Source: Amphiscolops sp. MND2022 (taxonomy: Eukaryota). Taken from it: a stretch of 64,000 bases of DNA. This document shows positions 36,401-49,200 of this stretch, in pieces. The notes under the pieces were generated by a model. It was given only the letters and a program-made list of their open reading frames with translations. It ran no database searches and was not told where the DNA came from. Location: positions 79,796,001 to 79,860,000 of the forward strand of contig OZ076409.1 of NCBI GenBank assembly GCA_964187785.1, given 5' to 3'. A program made the translations under genes and the position numbers. Each line of letters begins with the position of its first letter. The stretch's first letter is position 1.

Positions 36401-37737
36401 TTTCTGAAAACCGAACCCCTTGCAATAGGATTTTCACATTTCGAGTTAGGCGAAAGCTGTTTTCGAGTCTTAAGGGTACCCTTTCGTAATTCTTTTTGGC
36501 ACTTTGAATTTGATAGAATTTTTCACTATAATGCCCTTTGCATGGATGCGGGACAAAACAGCCGTTTTTAAAACGGAAAAAACAGCCGATTTTCAAAACG
36601 GGACAAAACAGCCGATTTTCAAAACGGGACAAAACAGCCGATTTTAAAACGGAAAAAACAGCCGATTTTCAAAACGGGACAAAACAGCCGATTTTCAAAA
36701 CGGGACAAAACAGCCGATTTTTGAAACGGGACAAAACAGCCGATTTTCAAAAATACTTAGCATATTTGTTGTATGGCTCGGTCACTTCGCTCTTTTCGCC
36801 AAGTAGCAACATTGAGGCATGGCCATATGGCACGTCGCTCCGCTTCGCTTCGCTCCTGCATTTAGGGCACTAGGAGTATGTGAACATAGCTGACTAGGGG
36901 AAATTGAAAAATTTATTTTATTCTTTCGGACTTTGTACTGTTTTAAAATCAGCTGTTTTGTCCTATTTTGAAAATCGGCTGTTTTGTCCTATTTTGAAAA
37001 TCGGCTGTTTTGTCCTGTTTTGAAAATCGGCTGTTTTGTCCCGTTTAAAATCGGCTGTTTTGTCCCGCTCCCCCTTTGCATATTCAAAATACTTTCTCGT
37101 TGTTATGTTTGAGCGGTTTGGGCCGTTCCAAGCTTGTTAAAAACTCGAGTGGCTTGAAAATGAAATCCTAACTTCAAATGCGTTATATGTGAAAAATCAA
37201 AGAACATCAAATGCTTTAGACATCAGTATGTATTTTAATTAGAGTTAATGAGAAGAGAAACAATCTTATAACTAGCCTCCAAGACGTAGGTTGCCACGTG
37301 TCGTCGAGAAACGCATCGAAACTGCCAAACTTGTCAGAAACTCCCAGAGGCACCAATGCTGTGTGGTTTTTGAATCCCGCGTAATACGGAGCCAACAAGG
37401 GGTCTATTTCGAACGAAATCATATAATATTCTTCTGGGTTGGGCCAAACTTCCCGGAACAACTTATAAGTGGATCCTGTATTGGCGCCGCAGTCCAGGAA
37501 AAATTTCCTGGGTCTGGAAGTCAAATTTGGAACCAAGTGAGAAAGCTTCAAGACTTCCAGAGACAGATCAGTTGTGTTAGTAGGTTTCCACTGAGTTGGC
37601 GTATCAAACACCCTATCACGAACATCCAGCTTGAATTTTTGAGATCGATTCTGCGCTAATGATTTCATCGAAACGTATATTATTGCCATTACGAGGAGCA
37701 TGTAGAAGAAAGTTTTCTTAACCAGCAGTGGGCTCAT
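30412..37737 (-). CDS. Host gene: type II membrane FkbM-family (Methyltransf_21-like) methyltransferase plus degenerate NodB/polysaccharide-deacetylase-like domain; exons 37737-37277, 31955-31679, 31281-30412 (~535 aa)
   Basis: N-terminal hydrophobic helix, FLDCGANTG, SFEIDP, LKMDIEGAEY and FFLEFH motifs; the three exons join in frame; a TTCCAG acceptor precedes the ATG. Confidence 0.85.
32066..32731 (-). mobile_element. LTR fragment carrying a gag-like 5' ORF, inside intron 1 of the host gene
   Basis: ORF RKEIMSDLTKILAENQKEML...NSRN ends at LTR-like CGTAACA; TGTTACG/CGTAAC inverted ends; no TSD found. Confidence 0.55.
36544..37071. mobile_element. Mutator-like MITE with ~23-bp subterminal tandem repeats
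   Basis: 10-bp TSD CCCTTTGCAT; TIR GGA(T)GCGGGACAAAACAGCCG; inverted arrays of GGGACAAAACAGCCGATTTTCAAAAC. Confidence 0.9.
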
Positions 37738-39785
37738 CTGGAACAGAAGTTTAAAACTGAGCGTAAAATGAGTTTAAACCTTGTAGTTCAATTTTTGATA
37801 TCATGCACTGTTCAGCAGTATTTGTTGCAAATGCTTTACAATTTTCAAATTGATCACTGAATCTGGATACTTTTTGTTCGGCTAATTCAGCTTACAGAGA
37901 ACCACAATTATTCTAGTACTCGGTTTCTGCAGAAAGTGGTATCGTAGTTCGGAAAATAGTAAAGTGTCCCATTACCTTCGAATAACGAATATTCATTTTG
38001 TCAGTATCGGATACTTGATTTACATGAGTTATTTAAATTGGCGTTGCATAATCGGCGCTTAAGTTCGTGTCTTCGTTATAACAAAGCTGCCGTTTTGTGT
38101 TGACTAAACTGTTGCAGGTTCAAACGCCATTCCGTTTCCTGTTAACGATTGAATCTCATACAGCCATAGCAATGTAATTCGACAAAGTTATTTCGAGATT
38201 AATTGTTATTTCGAAAAAAAATCCGGCAGATTTAGGGGAATATTTTGGTGCCCTGACTGGGGAGCAGCTACCATTCCGAACCGAACCGATTGTTTCCCAC
38301 CCAACCCTTAGGAAGTTGAAGTGACTATGGTCACCGGAGCTTGAAGCATGACTCAAAGAGCTAACTTCTAACAAGGACAGCTTTTTGATTATGGTTTGTC
38401 AATACTTCGATTCTCTCGACGAAGAACCCACTGTAAAGGAAACCTCCAGAAACCTCGATTCGCTGCCGCACAAAGGTGTGCTAACAAAAGTCAACTGTGT
38501 TAAAAGCTCAGTCAAGTGACTTCATGAAATCAAGCACAGTAGCAACTAACAGGTCTAAAAATTCCAGTCAACGGAAGAAGAAAGGGAAAGGGAGGAAAGT
38601 CGAGGAATCGCTTAGTTAGAGTTGGAGGCGAGCAATAGACAGAGGTTATCGGAAGCAACCATGGAAGAGGGTGAACTCCAAGAAAAAATTTCCGTTGTCA
38701 CCGAGATTCTGGTCGACCCTGATTTGGCTTTTAATGAAACTCGAGACCAATATCGAATTAGAATTGTGTTCATAACACTTCCACAGCTCAACTAAACGCT
38801 CACATACCAACAACAGAGCTCGAGAACTTCCCGAATAAAGTTGCCAACCAATCAAGTGCGGGAAACCTCACATTTCAAGATCCATCCTTGAACAACATTC
38901 CATCTAACAACTAATCTCTGCAATCGTCTGCTGAGAGTCAGTCAAATGAATACGGTTTCATATATTAACACGACTGCTACATCTTGGCCCAACTAACTGG
39001 CATTCGAAGCTCAACCGAACTCGATAGTACAAACCCGGGACATCGTTCTTCAGTAACAATCAATTGAAATCCCTATCGGCAAATATCCATCTGTGCAGGT
39101 AGTTCCACTGCTTCCACTCTTCACTATGAGTACCAATCAATCACTTTTCATGTAACAGTCAGCGAAGTACCACCTAAAATCCAATCCTCAACAATACCCT
39201 TCATCTACTGTCTTGAAAATTCTCGATTGCACCACAAACAGCGTTGACAAAAAATAAAACTAGTGTAACACCAAATTGAAATACCAATGTTTCACGGAAC
39301 GGTCTTTGACTTTCCCGTTAGCGATGGGGTTTCTAACCCACCAAAGAACGGTTCGGGCGAACCGATTCCCTTTTTTGAATCAACATAAAGTTTTTTTCCT
39401 CTGACTTCATTCGACATGTAAAAACGCTTGACATGTCATTTTTGATTGACAGCTGAATTTTCTCTCCGTTTTCTGGTAAAGAATGAATATGAATCAGAAG
39501 AACGGAACGCACAAAAAAGTGTGCCCTCAAAATGTCAAATACTCGTCAACAAAAAGTTTCAAATAACTTTGAACTCTGAAATTCAGCTTGTCAATCCTTC
39601 AATTTGACAACATTCCTTCCACACATTCGAGTGTCAGAGAACGTTCACACATCCGAAGTGCAAACAAAGTGACTGGTAAAGAACATTGAGTTGGCCTGGG
39701 TTCTTTCGAGTGATCACGTCAATGAGTATCTTACCAAATGGCTGGATGTCGTCGTTGTGCCGATCTTGCATCTTACCAATGACGT

Positions 39786-42700
39786 TGTCATATTCGCTTC
39801 TTTCCAGTGCCTGACCTCTACCGAATTTCGAATCATAGACTGCCTAGAAAACCAACAGTTGTTTACCAACAAACTCAAAATAGACCTTTTATTAGAAGAT
39901 ACACTTTATATTCTGTAGTACCTAAAGCACAGTCGTTCGAACTAGAGATATGAATTTAATTCCATTCTTTTTTCCGGGTTACTGTTTTGGTAGAATAATT
40001 CATGGCGCGGTCAGCCAATTACTAAACAAATTGAAAACTCCTATAAACAACGTACAACAGAGCAGAGTTCTTCAGGGCCAAAAAATCAAAGACAAAACAC
40101 CCCAACCAAATTCGAGGCAACTACTTGAAATCGAAATTTAGTGCATTTTCAACAACATCCCAGCCGGAGAATTGTGGATGGCAAAACCTAAAGGCGCAAA
40201 ACCGACAAAAATATACAAAACGATAAAAAAACGCTAGAGCTGAAGAAAACAATTGAACTAATAAAACAAAACATCTACAAGAAAAAGAGCAAAAAGAATA
40301 CAAAACCGGAAGCACTAAATTCAATAAAACAAAAACAGATACCAAAAGAAGAATCGATACAAAGAATGGAAAATTCAGAACAAGACAGAAAAACATAATA
40401 TTTGAAAATTGACAATGCAGATTTTGCCATACCCAAAATTGGTCACTAATACACAAATACCCGGTACTCATTGGCGATTTTGTGGGAATTGCGGAAAGTT
40501 CGACAGAAAGAAAGTTCATCTCTTTACAGACCACCAAGCATTAGAACCATTGAATAAAAGAAAATTGAGAAAAAAGCAACACTGAGCGAGACTAACAAGA
40601 TTGTTAGACCGCTTAACTCGTTTTGATTTATCAAAACAGCATAATGCAGGCAGCAATTTGAATTTCGCCAACTATCTTAGCTGAAGTCTGGTAGGGAAAG
40701 CCATGCCGGAAGAAATGTACGATGAAGAATACGTAATCAATATTTTTACCGAACAAGTTGATTTGAATCTGAAAACGAAACATTATTAGACTACCAATCA
40801 AAACAAAGTAAAACCATGACAGAGAGGAACAAGAATGACTGAAAGCAAAATTGAACACGCGACGGACCAATTTCAATTGATTAAATTGTTTGAAAACAAA
40901 AGTAACTTGAATTAAATGCAACAAAACGAAACAACGGCGTTCGGGAAGTCCCATTTCAGCACTCGGAAACTAAGTCAACTGTGTACAAAAGAAAATGGGG
41001 AGCCACGCGATAATGGATATAATTAGAAGGCCAAACAACAGCCGGATAAAAGAAGACTCGTGCAACAGATGAATATGCTATCCCGGCTTCTAACACTGCG
41101 ACGCCGGACGACTCTCAGATACAGCGCACGGTGTTTGCTCCATCAAACTTCAACAAAAAGAGCATGGAAGAAAGTGTCGAGATTGATGCGGAGCTGAAGA
41201 GGAGAGCCAATAGATAATACCTACCAGCCTATAATACAAGAAGATAAAACCGGAATGGCACAGGAAAAAAAAGATGTGCAGGAGACAGCCGAGAAATAAG
41301 AAGACCATGTGACAATGTGGATTGACAATCTACCAATCGTAGACCTCAACAATTGTAATACGGATGGCAAGGAGGCGTCTTATATCCAAATAACCCACAT
41401 TGTCGATAATTTACCGCAATCAAACCAATCACCGAGGACCACATATGAAAAGTCGAGATGAAATTCATGATTGCTTGAGACCTTTGATTTCAGAAACATC
41501 CATTTACTTGGTACTAACTGGGGTTGGAAACAGTATGAGCCTAGAATACGAAGATCGAACGACAGTTCCGGATAGCAACCGGACGGTCTTCGACAAGTTA
41601 TCAATTAGATGGGGCCTTGTGTTTGTCGACGCCACGTGTTTATCGACGATTCCTATTAATCTTAGACGACGAATGCTGAATATACTTCATTTCAGTCATT
41701 CCGGCATATCAAAGATGACATTCGAAGCGACAATATGCTCTTGGCTAGCAGTGAACCAGGACATCGAGAACTTCTCGATGTCCTTGTTTACTGCTCGCCA
41801 AGAGCATATTCTCGCTTATCGATTGTCTTAAGAACAATCTTAAGAACATTCTCGCTCAACAAATCAACCAGTGTTTTTTGGTTAAATGTAGTTAAGATTC
41901 TGACCTGATGCAAAACATGCTGTGCAGCCCTTTAACTTATTGAATAAATAAAAGGACTGCACAGCATGCTTTGCATCATGTCAGAACCTTAACTACCTTT
42001 AACCAAACAAGCCGGGACCGGCCCAAGTCGGCGCCATATCCAAGGCTCAAAAATAGCAAAAAGACTTCCAAGTGTCAAGTATTCGTTTACAGTAGTCGAA
42101 AATCGAAAATTTTTCGAATTTTTTTTTGAAAAAATTACATACTAAAAAAATGGACCGAGTGGCGCGCTGGGGCTCGCTACCGCGAGCCCCTGGCGCGCTA
42201 ACGTCTCACAATGCCGAAAAACTGAAAGGGGGGACCCTTTGAAGTTTTTCAACATCCATTCTGTCGCAAAACATCAAAAAAATGCAGGGGGACCCTTTGA
42301 GGAAAAAAAAATTCGAAAAAAAAATCCGAAAAAAATGTCTCGCAGTGCCGAAAAAAATTGAAAGGGGGGACTCTTTGGTCTCGCCCGGTATGATATGTTA
42401 CGCGGAAAAACAGGTAAAACCATTTTGATTCAGTTCGCTAGGCCAAATGTGCTATTTGACACCATAATATTTTGTAGAACTTTTAAGAACTATTTTGGTC
42501 AGTTCGTGTGGATAGAAAAAAAAGAGTCACTATAATAGTCGCGTTTCACTTCATGAAGCGCCGACTGAAAAACACTACGGAAGAAAAACTACGGAATTTA
42601 CCCGAACCCGATCAAGAGATACAAGTTGACGTTACCGGAAAACTACATAACCAAAATAAACACCGTGAAGCACAAATAATTATTGCGGTACACAAATAAT

Positions 42701-44285
42701 TATTGCGGTACATAGATCTAGCAACTGGCGGACTGTAAACACTTGCAAAACATTGGAAACCGGAGAACTAATACTTTTTCTATCTAGCAAATTTAATTTG
42801 TACGGAATACCTGAAAAAATTTACTCCAACAGAGGGGGAGCATTCGTATCAGAGGAATACTGGGAAGTGTATAAAAGCAGGAACATTGAAATAGAATACT
42901 GCACATCCCGAACGCATACGGGAAACTGAGTTGTAGAAATGGCGATACAAACACTCAAAATTACTCTGATTGTAACGAATTATAAGACGGAGTATGCTTG
43001 CGCGAAAGCGTAAATCGAGCACTACGGGTTATGCGATTTGCAACACCAACGGGACATAAAATAAATTACACCATTTGAGCTACATCATGGTAGAAAACCG
43101 AGAACCGAATTAACGAACATCGGTAAAAGCGGAAAAACATTTCTATTTAGCTGGTCAGAAATGTCTGTCTCAACACAGAACAGACTCAAAATAAGCTTAC
43201 ATGTGGGCCGTGATGCGCAAGAGGACATCACCAACCACATTTTGGTGGCGAGAACAAAGACTGAGGAAAAACACTTCATCGAAGGACTAAAGTCTTCGAA
43301 GAATAAAAGTTCCGTTAGATATCCGTTTTACCTTTGTTGAGAAAAACAACAAAAAACGTTAGAAGAATAATCCCTGAACAAATACCTATCCGCAGTACCT
43401 GAAAGTATCATCAAATTGAACCCGGAAAAAAATACCCCGAAAATTAATTATAGGATCAGTTCTTCAAACCGGAAGAAAAGCTAGAAGAGTACCGAACATC
43501 AACACAAGCGGTGAAATAAACCCGAACAACAAGCAGGTGTTGCGGAACCAAGATGAAAACATGGCTGGTGAGACGGAAGCTTCCCGGACACATTAAACAA
43601 GGGACCGAAGATAGTCCAAAAGCGAATGCGGTCAGATAATGACACGGAAGACGATGACGATGATGGAGACCATGAAGAGATGCCGGAAAAACAGGAACGC
43701 CAAAAACTTACGACACTTCCGAACGCGACGGAAGATATGCGCCAATACGGACCAATCCGGAGGAGGATGCAATTCAGTCAGACACCGACGGTGAGAAACT
43801 GGGTGAGAACATGGAATCACCATCAAAACGATCTAACCTAAATATTAAAAAATCGAGTAGATACGGCAGCATACCTCACACTGGAAACTTTTAGGGCTGA
43901 AACATAATTTTTTAATGGATGTTGTTTATAATACAGGTAATTTGTGGACTAGACACAAAGAAACACCCCATCCGGAAGTAATCCAGAAACCATCGGATTA
44001 CCTACCAGGAGATATCACGCCCCCGGTGCCATCCAATTGTAACTGAGAAAAAGAAAAAGAGGGGGAAATGTCATATTCGGTTCATTACGGTCCTTGACCT
44101 CTACCGAGTTTCTGTTCATAGACTGTCTTGAAAACCAGGAGTTGTTTAACAACAAACTCAAAATAAACATTCAATTAGAAGATACATTACAAATTTTGTA
44201 GTATCTGAAATGGAGTCGTTCGAACTAGAGATTTTATTTCAATTCAGTTCTTTTATCTTAGTTTCTAGTTTGGTAGAGTAGAACA
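39786..44285 (+). mobile_element. Old, internally deleted Ty3/gypsy element with short LTRs
   Basis: Diverged LTRs 39786-39997 and 44069-44285; TSD GACGT; PBS TGGCGCGGTC (Ser-like); PPT AAAAAGAGGGGGAAA; RNase H and integrase remnants. Confidence 0.85.
42006..42567 (-). mobile_element. Helentron-associated interspersed element (HINE/DINE-1-like)
   Basis: Minus strand: 5' subTIR AGTCGGCGC, 3' subTIR GCGCCGACT, then hairpin GCCGG-TC-CCGGC and TTGTT; inserted in a T run with no TSD. Confidence 0.75.
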
Positions 44286-44467
44286 GACGTTGTGTAATTT
44301 GTTCGAAACATTTTTTCATTCGAGAGCTTAACAAAAGTCTGCATTGACGTAGTAGTCAAATGATTCACAAAACAAGGTGTGGTCCAGTAACAGTGCAAGT
44401 TTGAAAGAGATCGACAACCAGATTGCAAACAAAAACTGAAGCTGCAACTCAGCGTTTGATATTTTCG

Positions 44468-44712
44468 AAATCCTGGCAAGTACCCAATAAATCTTAGAAA
44501 TTTTGCACAATTCCCGCTATATCTTGGCGAACTTGACAAGATTCTGCATGAGTCGTGGTAATCTTGGTAAGATTCACGTTAAATTTCGGCCATCTCAGCA
44601 AGATTCGCGGTAAATCTTGGCTATGATGGATAGATTCCCGCCAAATCATTGCGATATGGGAAAGATTCCCGCATTTCCTGCAAGATCTTGCCAAGAATTC
44701 CAAGATGTCAGA
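44468..44712. repeat. Degenerate array of TCTTGGCAAG-like repeats (MITE remnant)
   Basis: Repeated TCTTGG/CAAGAT motifs resembling the family at 11.7 kb. Confidence 0.45.
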
Positions 44713-45823
44713 CGATAGGCAAGCAATGCAAAATTAATTATAAACGAGATTGGTAATGTAACATCGAAAACCCCGTTTCGAAGATGGATACTGACTCCAA
44801 TTATACAATGATGCGAGAAATTACGACATTTTTAAATTCAAAAGAGTTCGACCGCTTGCCATAACATAGTCACAAGAAGTCCTGTGAGAAGTTAGCTGAC
44901 GAAAGGCTCAGCGAATGAAACGAACCTCGAAGATAACTGTCTTCGGAGCTGGTTCTCATTACCTCGGACATCTCACTTCCATTGTCTAGCTGCTACTACT
45001 ACTATTGTGCAGTATCAGCTGACGCATTCAGGCGACTTTACTTCAAAACTTCAACAGCACAGTAGATGGTCTCAATTATGTGTTCGACCAGTTTGTTTGA
45101 TTTTGTCAGTTAATTGAATTTCCGTCTCAGTTGCCGGGGTACCAACCCATATATGATTGTCGCACCTTTGGGCCTGGCGCACTTTCTAACAACCTAAGCC
45201 TGCCTGGAAGAATGTGTTGAAGTGCACATGCAAAACGACCCTGCAAATCACAGCTGAACTGAACATCAAAACGTTAACACTTTGAAAAGCAACACGTGTC
45301 GTGTGCTTTTCTGTTCAGTGTACATATCGAACGCATTTGAAGCTGCTAAATGAAAAATCGAATGTTGTCGTAGTATTTGTTAGAAGCGAAGAAAGTCGAC
45401 GAAGAATATAACGATTCGGCACAGAAACTTAATTTGATTTGAAAACTTGGTACACTCTCAACTTTATATCGTGGGATTTGACATTTGATCTTTCAGTTGC
45501 GTTAATATTGTTTTGTTTTGTTCAAATATAAAATGCCTCATTTAAAATTTGCGATCAAAAATCATTGGAATGCTCAAATGCAAAAAAAATTTTGTAAATA
45601 TAATCACCGACAAAAGTTCTGTCCTTAAAGAAATTTAGTTGAAAAAGTTAGGAAATGTGTGAAACCTTTGTTTGAAGAAAAAATTTAGCGTCGGAAAACA
45701 AAGGGCATGTGAACGTACTGCTGCAGAAAGAGTTCATTCACTTTTTTATCCGGAAGTACTACTGAGAAAAACGTTTCACAGCTATTGAAATTCAAGCTTT
45801 TCTGCAGTTTCCGTCAAAAGCAT

Positions 45824-46254
45824 CCGGCCCAAGTCGGCACCATATCTAAGGCTCCAAAATACCAACAGTACTTCAAAGTGTTAAAGTATTCTCTTCTACA
45901 GTACCAAAAAAACCAAAACTGCACCGAATTGGTGCGCCAGGGGTGAATCTTTGAGATTTTTCATCCATTGTGTTGCAAACCATCAGACAAAATGAAAGGG
46001 GACACTTTGGTGAAAATTTTTTTAATGAAAAAAGTTTCACAATGCCGAAAAAACTGAAAGGGGCCCCTTAGAGTTTTTTCAACATCCATTCTGTCGTAAA
46101 AAAAACTGGGCCAACATGTACAATTTGGCGCCTTCTTTAAATTTTGTAGAACTTTTGGTAGAACTATTTCGGTCACTTCTAGTGTATCGAAAAAAAAACA
46201 CTGACGAAAAGCCATGACTATAGTCGACTCTTTTCTTAAGAAAAGGGCCGACTA
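45824..46254 (-). mobile_element. Second, more diverged HINE copy
   Basis: Shares GGCCCAAGTCGGC..CATAT..AAGGCTC, CACAATGCCGAAAAA..GAAAGGGG and the GCCGACT end with 42006-42567. Confidence 0.75.
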
Positions 46255-49200
46255 AAAATGAGTTTTGCAAAACTACGTTCAAGTGAATGAACAAAATGAA
46301 ACAATAAAGTTTCTTCAAGATCTTATTGATCCCTTATGTTGATTTTTTTGTTTTGAAAAAAGTGTGGGGGATAAGGATTCAGAGTCAAATCGTCGCAATT
46401 TTGTCAAATTAGAAAAGGTGCGAAGTTGCAATAGAGAAGGAATTTAAGAACATTTTTGAGAACATATTTGACTTGTGTGAACTTTATGAATAAACAAATT
46501 TTCAAACAATTTACATGAAACCTTTCGAAGAAGTTTCAGCCAGAGACAAAACTTTTGTCGGTGAGTGTAACTCACTTTGGAATTGGGGGATGACGGACCT
46601 TCGTGACTACAACTTTTCAGTCGTTTTTGACACCAACCAATTCATTAGTGATGACCAATGTAATAAACAGTGATTCCCAATAACCGTTCGATTACTCAGT
46701 TTGAAACTCTTTCCGTATTACTTTTTCGTTACCAGTACACTGATCTCATTGATATGTTTATGGGTGCTTCCAATGACTGATTGACTGAATGGAAAATCAA
46801 ATTGAATAATATACGTAATTGGAGAGTGCGTCACCGAAAGGGTTTATCACGAAAATGGGGCCTCGAAATTCATTCAGCATTTGAATTTTTTCACAAACGT
46901 TTGACGTCACGAAAATTCCACAAAAGTTGTCATAATGCAACAGAAGTTTAGTAGCTGTTTTTTAAGTAGTAGTTAGAGTATGGTAGTAAGATTCCTGAGG
47001 ATGTAAGCGCCCCCATTGTACAACCATTCTCTAACTAAGTTAGAGCTCATTCGGCTTTTTAGAACGACACTCTGGCTGGCGAACAACTCTTTGATATTAA
47101 AAAATACTCACTTCTGTCATACAAAAATAGTAATGTACTGTGGTACTTTCCCCCTTCTTGAATCGTTGGAGTCCATATGCATCTCTGCAAGAGAGTTTGA
47201 GACAAAACTCTATTGAATAAAATTGAAAGAGATTTTTCAAACGATAGTTTTAGTTATAAGAAAATTTTTATATTCTGAGTAGTTTTAATTTTTCCTCGTA
47301 AACTCTCTGGTTATTCGGTTTGAGAACTTGAACAACTTCTAATACTTTGCGGTAAAAACTGCTGAACAACTTTTGACTTTTTTATATACATATTAGATTA
47401 TATCAATTATACGCCCCAGGCTATTATAGCCCGACCGAGGGCCCTAAGAGACGAAAAGACCGAAGAAGACGGAGCTCTAATTAGAGGAGTCTCCTTAGAC
47501 GTTTGGAAAAGTCCCCTAGGAGACCGTTAGGGACTAAAAGCTAATGTCTAGATTGTAGTAAGACTCTGGTCTCCTGTTTAAGCAATCTAGGCATTGTCCC
47601 AGTTCTAGGATGTAGCTGCTAGCTTGACGTTACATCTAGAATAGTTTTTATGGCTCCCACAGTTTTTCATTTTGCGTTTTACTTGGAGTTTTTCCTGCTT
47701 TCTGGCCCTGCTAGGTCCGTATCTAGGAAAAACTTTTTGGAAAGACCTAGATTGTTTTTATTGCCTTTTTCTAGCCCTTTGGGACTTGTACTAGTATTTT
47801 TACTGCGTTTCCTGCATGTTTCCGAGGTCTGGAACCAGAAATAAACAGTTTCAGAGAGTGTACCCTTTGAACCCTGATTATACGGGTTGAAATAGGATAT
47901 CCGGCCCATCCCGAACTGGTTTTAAAGGGTTTTATAGCCTAATTTCAGCAAATTGGCAATGCAAGGGGACCGAGAGGACACAGTGTGCAGGTTTCCATCA
48001 GCTGTGATGAAGACGTGACGTCCTTCACGACCACTCCACCCATACCCCATCAGTTGCCGTACCCACCACGTCAGCCGACTTACAACGCTGTATACTGTAT
48101 ATAACGGCTGAAAAACATATTCCTAGATGTAGTCCCACAAAAACCAACTGAGAAAAATGCCCGGCGCGTGTTTGGACCAGTAGTTGAAAAATTTGAGCAC
48201 GAAAACCTTGATTATAGTACCCTATATAGCTCAAATTGTGATTTTGTCGATTTTAAAAGTCAAAATTTTTCTGAAGTGAATACCGCCACCGAGAACGCCT
48301 GAAAACTTTTCAATAGACCTGTCAAACCTGGAACCCCAACTTTTTGTTTGGCTAAATTGTGAGATAAATTAAAAATTTAGCAATTTTTGATCAAAAAAAC
48401 CGTCAAATTTGACCATTTTGACCAAATTTGACAAGGGCGAAGCCTTGCGCGTTTGATTCCAAGCTTTTAAAGCGGCCCAAAGAGTTTGTTCTCGAGGTTA
48501 GTAGACAAAACACCACTGCCAAGATGTCGGTTTTTAGCGTGCCCCCAAAAAATTGAAAAATTATCAGTGCTTTCTTTTTATTATACATAGACCTGAGTAA
48601 AAGACCTAATAGACCTGAGCGGTATATTATCAAAACTAATAATTGAAACAACCCCATTCCCCTAAATAAATTTGTTACACCTTCCTACACTACTACCTAC
48701 TACACTACTGTTAAAACCATTCGGAACGTCTGAAAACAGAGAGACAAAAAGTTCTTGGTGAAAACACGTTTTTTCAGTACTGTTCCGAGAGTGTAAAAAG
48801 TGTAACTTGAGACGTTTTTGAGAGACATTATTGGAAAGCTTGCCTATTTTCAATTAGCATGGTGTATAACGTTGCTAACGCAGAAAACCGCAAACGGTTT
48901 TGACCAGTGGTTGCCGAGAAATAGCCAAAAACGAGTTTTTTTTGCGACGTTTTCGGAACACTGTAATAGCGTTTCTGAGGCAGGTCGAGGTCTCTCCTAG
49001 TAGAAGCAACCCAAAACGGATCGAACCATGCTGTAGACCGCAAAACGTTACGTTAGTGATGTGATTTTCGTAGCGCTACCATCACTAGTGATTGAAAAAC
49101 CTTAGCCGCAGTTTTGCTCAAAACTTGTACGAAATTGTCGAAAAAATCGAATTTTAGTTGAGCATAGTGCAATACCCCGCAGGTATCCCAGCATTAAAAA

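Noticed and set aside
38300..39240. Decayed gag-like coding remnant
   Set aside because: Composition is suggestive but no diagnostic motif is recognisable.
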